DNA of 64,000 bases, from the NCBI GenBank assembly GCA_947085095.1, contig CAMTVD010000006.1, positions 34,587 to 98,586 on the forward strand, given 5' to 3'. This document shows positions 60,801 through 64,000 of the stretch, piece after piece. This DNA is from an uncultured Thermus sp. (GTDB lineage Bacteria; Deinococcota; Deinococci; Deinococcales; Thermaceae). The translations under genes were made by a program, and so were the position numbers. The first letter of the stretch is position 1. Each line of letters begins with the position of its first letter. The notes under the pieces were generated by a model. That model had not been told where the DNA came from and made no database searches. It saw only the letters and a program-made list of their open reading frames with translations.

Positions 60801-61568
60801 CTACCGCGCCCGCACCAGGGAAACCCCGGTCAAAAGCTCCGGGCCCTCTGCCGTCACCAGGACGGTGTTCTCGTAGTGGGCGGCGAGGTTGCCCCTTCCG
60901 GCGCTCGCCGTCCAGCCATCTTCCAATATTACCACAGAAGCTGGCTTCAGAGTGACCATGGGCTCGAGGGCCAAGGTCATGCCAGGACGGATCTTGGGCC
61001 CCGTCCCAGGCTTGCCAAAGTTGGGGAGCTGCGGGTCCTCGTGGATCTCCCGCCCCACCCCGTGGCCCACGAACTCCCGCACCACCCCATACCCCCTCTC
61101 CTCCAGAAAGCGCTGCACGGCATGGGACACGTCCCCAATGCGGTAACCCGGCCTGAGGTACTTCAGCCCCTCAAAGAAAGCCGCCTCCGTGTCCTTGATG
61201 AGCCTCTCCGCCTCGGGGGAAACCCGGCCCACGGGGAAGGTCCGGGCCATGTCCGCCGCAAAGCCCCCGTAGATAAGGCCCACGTCTATGGACAGGATGT
61301 CCCCTTCCCTCAGGGGCTCCTCCGAGGGGATGCCGTGGACCACCACCTCGTTCACCGAGGTGCAGAGCGTGGCGGGGAAGCCATAGAGGCCCAGAAAGGC
61401 GGGCTTGGCCTTGCGCTTCCTTATGGCCTCGTAGGCGATCCGGTCCAGCTCCTTGGTGGTGATGCCGGGCTCCACGTGGCGGCCCACCTCCTCCACCACC
61501 TCGGTGAGGAGGGCTCCCGCCTCCCGCATGCGCTCAATCTCCCAGGGGCTTTTCAGCTTGATGGCCAT
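60801..61568 (-). CDS. map: Methionine aminopeptidase
   Basis: [24 protein letters not shown] and HYENT. Confidence 0.97.
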   Translation of the reverse strand: MAIKLKSPWEIERMREAGALLTEVVEEVGRHVEPGITTKELDRIAYEAIRKRKAKPAFLGLYGFPATLCTSVNEVVVHGIPSEEPLREGDILSIDVGLIYGGFAADMARTFPVGRVSPEAERLIKDTEAAFFEGLKYLRPGYRIGDVSHAVQRFLEERGYGVVREFVGHGVGREIHEDPQLPNFGKPGTGPKIRPGMTLALEPMVTLKPASVVILEDGWTASAGRGNLAAHYENTVLVTAEGPELLTGVSLVRAR

Positions 61569-62122
61569 CAGATTCCCAAAGCGGCCCGGATGCGGGCGTA
61601 GACCTCATCGGGGGTGCCGAGGCCCTCCACCCGCCTCAAGGCGCCCGTCTTCTCATAATACCGGACGAGGGGCTCGGTCTTTTCCCGGTAGACCTCAAGG
61701 CGCCGCCTTATGGTCTCCTCGTTGTCGTCGGAGCGGCCCTCCAGCTCCGCCCGCTTCAGCATGCGGCGGAGGAGCTCCTCCTCCGGCACCTCCACCAGGA
61801 CCACCCCCAGAAGCCGGGTCCCCGTTTCCTCCAGGAGACGGTCCAGGGCCTCGGCCTGGGGCAGGGTGCGGGGAAAGCCGTCAAAGATGACCCGCTCGGA
61901 AAGCTCCTCCCGGATCAGGGCCAGGATCAGCTCGTCCGGCACCAGGTCCCCCCGGTCCATGATGGGCTTCACCTGCTGCCCCAGGGGGGTGCCCCGGGCC
62001 ACGTGGTCCCGCAGGATGTCCCCGGTGGAGAGCTTTCTGAAGGAAAGCTCCTCCGCAAGCCGCGCCGCCTGGGTGCCCTTGCCCGCCCCTGGCGGCCCCA
62101 AGAAGATCACCGCTTCCCCCAT
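61568..62122 (-). CDS. adk: Adenylate kinase (short-LID type)
   Basis: GPPGAGKGTQ, STGD, DGFPRT and GRSDD. Confidence 0.97.
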   Translation of the reverse strand: MGEAVIFLGPPGAGKGTQAARLAEELSFRKLSTGDILRDHVARGTPLGQQVKPIMDRGDLVPDELILALIREELSERVIFDGFPRTLPQAEALDRLLEETGTRLLGVVLVEVPEEELLRRMLKRAELEGRSDDNEETIRRRLEVYREKTEPLVRYYEKTGALRRVEGLGTPDEVYARIRAALGI

Positions 62123-62130
62123 GCTTCCTC

Positions 62131-63447
62131 CTAACGGGTACGGCCGCGGATCCGGCCCTTGGAGAGAAAGCCCTCGTAGTTCCTCAGCATCAGCTGGCTC
62201 TCAATCTGCCTCAGGGTGTCCAGGGTCACCCCCACCACGATGAGAAGACCGATCCCGGAAAAGGCGATGCTCTGGACCCCGGTGAGGTTCTGGATGATCT
62301 GGGGCAAAGCGGCCACCAAACCCAGGAAGAGGGCCCCCCAAAGGGTGAGGCGGGAGACGATGTGCTCCAGGAACTTCACCGTGGGCTCCCCCGGGCGGAT
62401 GCCGGGAATGAAGCCCCCGTACTCCCGCAAGGACTCGGCGATGCGCTTGGGGTCAAACTGCACGGCGGTGTAGACGTAGGTGAAGAGGATGATGAGGAGC
62501 ACCTCTATGAGGAGGCCGGAAAGGCGGGTGGGGTTGAAGAAGTTGGCGATGGCCTGGAGCACGGCGTTGTCCTGGAAGGGAGCGGCGAGGAAGATGGGGA
62601 TCTGCAGGATGGCGGCAGCGAAGATGATGGGAATGACTCCGGCGGCGTTCAGCTTGATGGGGATGTAGGTGGCCTGCCCCCCGTAGACCCTCCGCCCCAC
62701 CACCTTACGGGCGTACTGGACGGGGATCCTCCGCTCCGCCTGTTGCACCGCGGCCATGCCAGCAAAGGCCAGGACGATGAAGGCCAGGAAGAAGAGGAAG
62801 GCCACCAGGTTCACCTCCCCGGTGCGGATGAGGCCTGCGGTGCGCACAAGCTGGGGGAGCCACTCCACCACGATCCCAGCGAAGATGATCATGCTGGTAC
62901 CGTTGCCGATGCCGTACTCGGTGATGCGCTCCGCCATCCAGAGGAGGAGGGCGATGCCCGCCACCTGGGTGACCACGACTACCAGCCAGAAGAAGGGCCC
63001 CGGGGACCAGCCGGGGAGGAGGAACCTGCCCCCTTCCGCCCCCAGAAAAGCCGTGGCGAGGAAGAAGCCCTGGAAGGCCCCCAGAGCGATGCCGCCGATG
63101 CGGGTGTACTGCGTGATGATGCGGCGGCCCTCCTCCCCCTCTTTGGAAAGCTTCTCCAGCGCCGGTACGATGTTAACCAAAAGCTGCATGACGATGGCCG
63201 CGGTGATGTAGGGCATGATGCCCAGGGCGAAGATGGAGAAGCGCTCAAAGTTGCCCCCAGAGAAGAGGTTGATGATGCCAAAGACCCCCCCCTGGGTGGT
63301 GCGCAGGAACTCCTGGATCTTGTCCAGGTCCACCCCCGGGGTGGGGATGAAGGCCCCCAAGCGGTAGGCGGCCAGGACCAGGAGGGTGAAGAGGATACGC
63401 TGGCGCAGCTCGGGGATTTGGAGGGCGCTCCGGAAGGCCTTCAGCAT
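62131..63447 (-). CDS. secY: Preprotein translocase SecY
   Basis: SIFALGIMPYITA, GIGNG.S and IPGIRPG; 10 TM segments. Confidence 0.98.
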   Translation of the reverse strand: MLKAFRSALQIPELRQRILFTLLVLAAYRLGAFIPTPGVDLDKIQEFLRTTQGGVFGIINLFSGGNFERFSIFALGIMPYITAAIVMQLLVNIVPALEKLSKEGEEGRRIITQYTRIGGIALGAFQGFFLATAFLGAEGGRFLLPGWSPGPFFWLVVVVTQVAGIALLLWMAERITEYGIGNGTSMIIFAGIVVEWLPQLVRTAGLIRTGEVNLVAFLFFLAFIVLAFAGMAAVQQAERRIPVQYARKVVGRRVYGGQATYIPIKLNAAGVIPIIFAAAILQIPIFLAAPFQDNAVLQAIANFFNPTRLSGLLIEVLLIILFTYVYTAVQFDPKRIAESLREYGGFIPGIRPGEPTVKFLEHIVSRLTLWGALFLGLVAALPQIIQNLTGVQSIAFSGIGLLIVVGVTLDTLRQIESQLMLRNYEGFLSKGRIRGRTR

Positions 63448-63448
63448 C

Positions 63449-63901
63449 TTAGGCCTCCAAAAGGACGGCCTCGCCGCCCGCGGCCTTCAGCTTCTCCAGG
63501 GCGCTCTTGGAGAAGGCGTGGGCCACCACCTTTAGGGGCTTGGCCTCCCCGTCCCCCAGGATCTTCAGGCGGTAGCCCTTCTTGAGGAGGCCCGCCTGGA
63601 CCAGAAGCTCGGGGGTCACCTCCCCCTCAAAGCGGGCCAGGGCCTCGAGGTTCACCCCCTGGTACCTGGGCCTCTTGATCTCCCCGGGGACCTGGCCCTG
63701 CATGCCCCGCTTGGGCAGGCGCATGAGGGTGGTGGAGCGCCCGCCCTCAAAGCGGCGGGGGTCCTTAAGGCCGCCGGAGCGGGACTTCTGGCCCTTGTGG
63801 CCCCGGGTGGCGGTCTTGCCGTGGCCGGAGCCGGGGCCCCGGCCCACCCGCTTGCGCTTCTTGTTGGCCCCTGGATTGGGCTTTAGATCGGAAAGCTTCA
63901 T
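63449..63901 (-). CDS. rplO: 50S ribosomal protein L15
   Basis: [24 protein letters not shown] and FEGG. Confidence 0.98.
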   Translation of the reverse strand: MKLSDLKPNPGANKKRKRVGRGPGSGHGKTATRGHKGQKSRSGGLKDPRRFEGGRSTTLMRLPKRGMQGQVPGEIKRPRYQGVNLEALARFEGEVTPELLVQAGLLKKGYRLKILGDGEAKPLKVVAHAFSKSALEKLKAAGGEAVLLEA

Positions 63902-64000
63902 TCCACCACCTCCACCTGGAGAAGGTGGGCCACCTTGCGGATGTTGCCGCGGATGGCCGGGGTGTCCTCAACCACCTTCTCCCGCTGTAGCTTCGTGAGC
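63898..64000 (-). CDS. rpmD: 50S ribosomal protein L30, C-terminal part (truncated by window)
   Basis: Hand translation gives ...[33 protein letters not shown]; the stop overlaps the rplO ATG. Confidence 0.92.
   Translation of the reverse strand, partial: LTKLQREKVVEDTPAIRGNIRKVAHLLQVEVVE

Overview
GC-rich core-chromosome segment of a Thermus species, identified from gene content, protein sequences and codon usage. It is densely coding, and I found no rRNA, tRNA, CRISPR array or intact mobile element. From left to right: the 3' end of class II ribonucleotide reductase, trpF, a suhB-like gene, EF-G2, a MoxR ATPase, ppsA and an OmpR-family two-component pair. Next come an uncharacterised five-gene DUF2089/SHOCT-like operon, hemD-hemA-ccsA, the pur cluster (purB, purCSQ-HAD-purLF), glyA, a decayed AbrB/PIN toxin-antitoxin pair, recN, a GGDEF protein and gmk-rpoZ-coaBC-argR. 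Then two GH13 amylases, bshC, mqnD, a deoxyhypusine-synthase-like gene, gdhAB and rex, and finally the end of the spc operon plus the alpha operon (rpmD to rplQ). The main unexplained signals are: (1) a highly iterated palindrome, CCTCGAGG (about 55 copies counted by eye), in a background that otherwise avoids TCGA; (2) the SHOCT-like/DUF2089 operon with a candidate operator; (3) a methyltransferase-like/TPR/DUF2325-like protein next to the DHS-like gene, a structured leader and a frameshifted ubiquitin-like gene; (4) a probable CTG start codon, two perfect 18-bp promoter palindromes and pervasive leaderless promoters. All product calls come from motif recognition by eye; no database searches were run.
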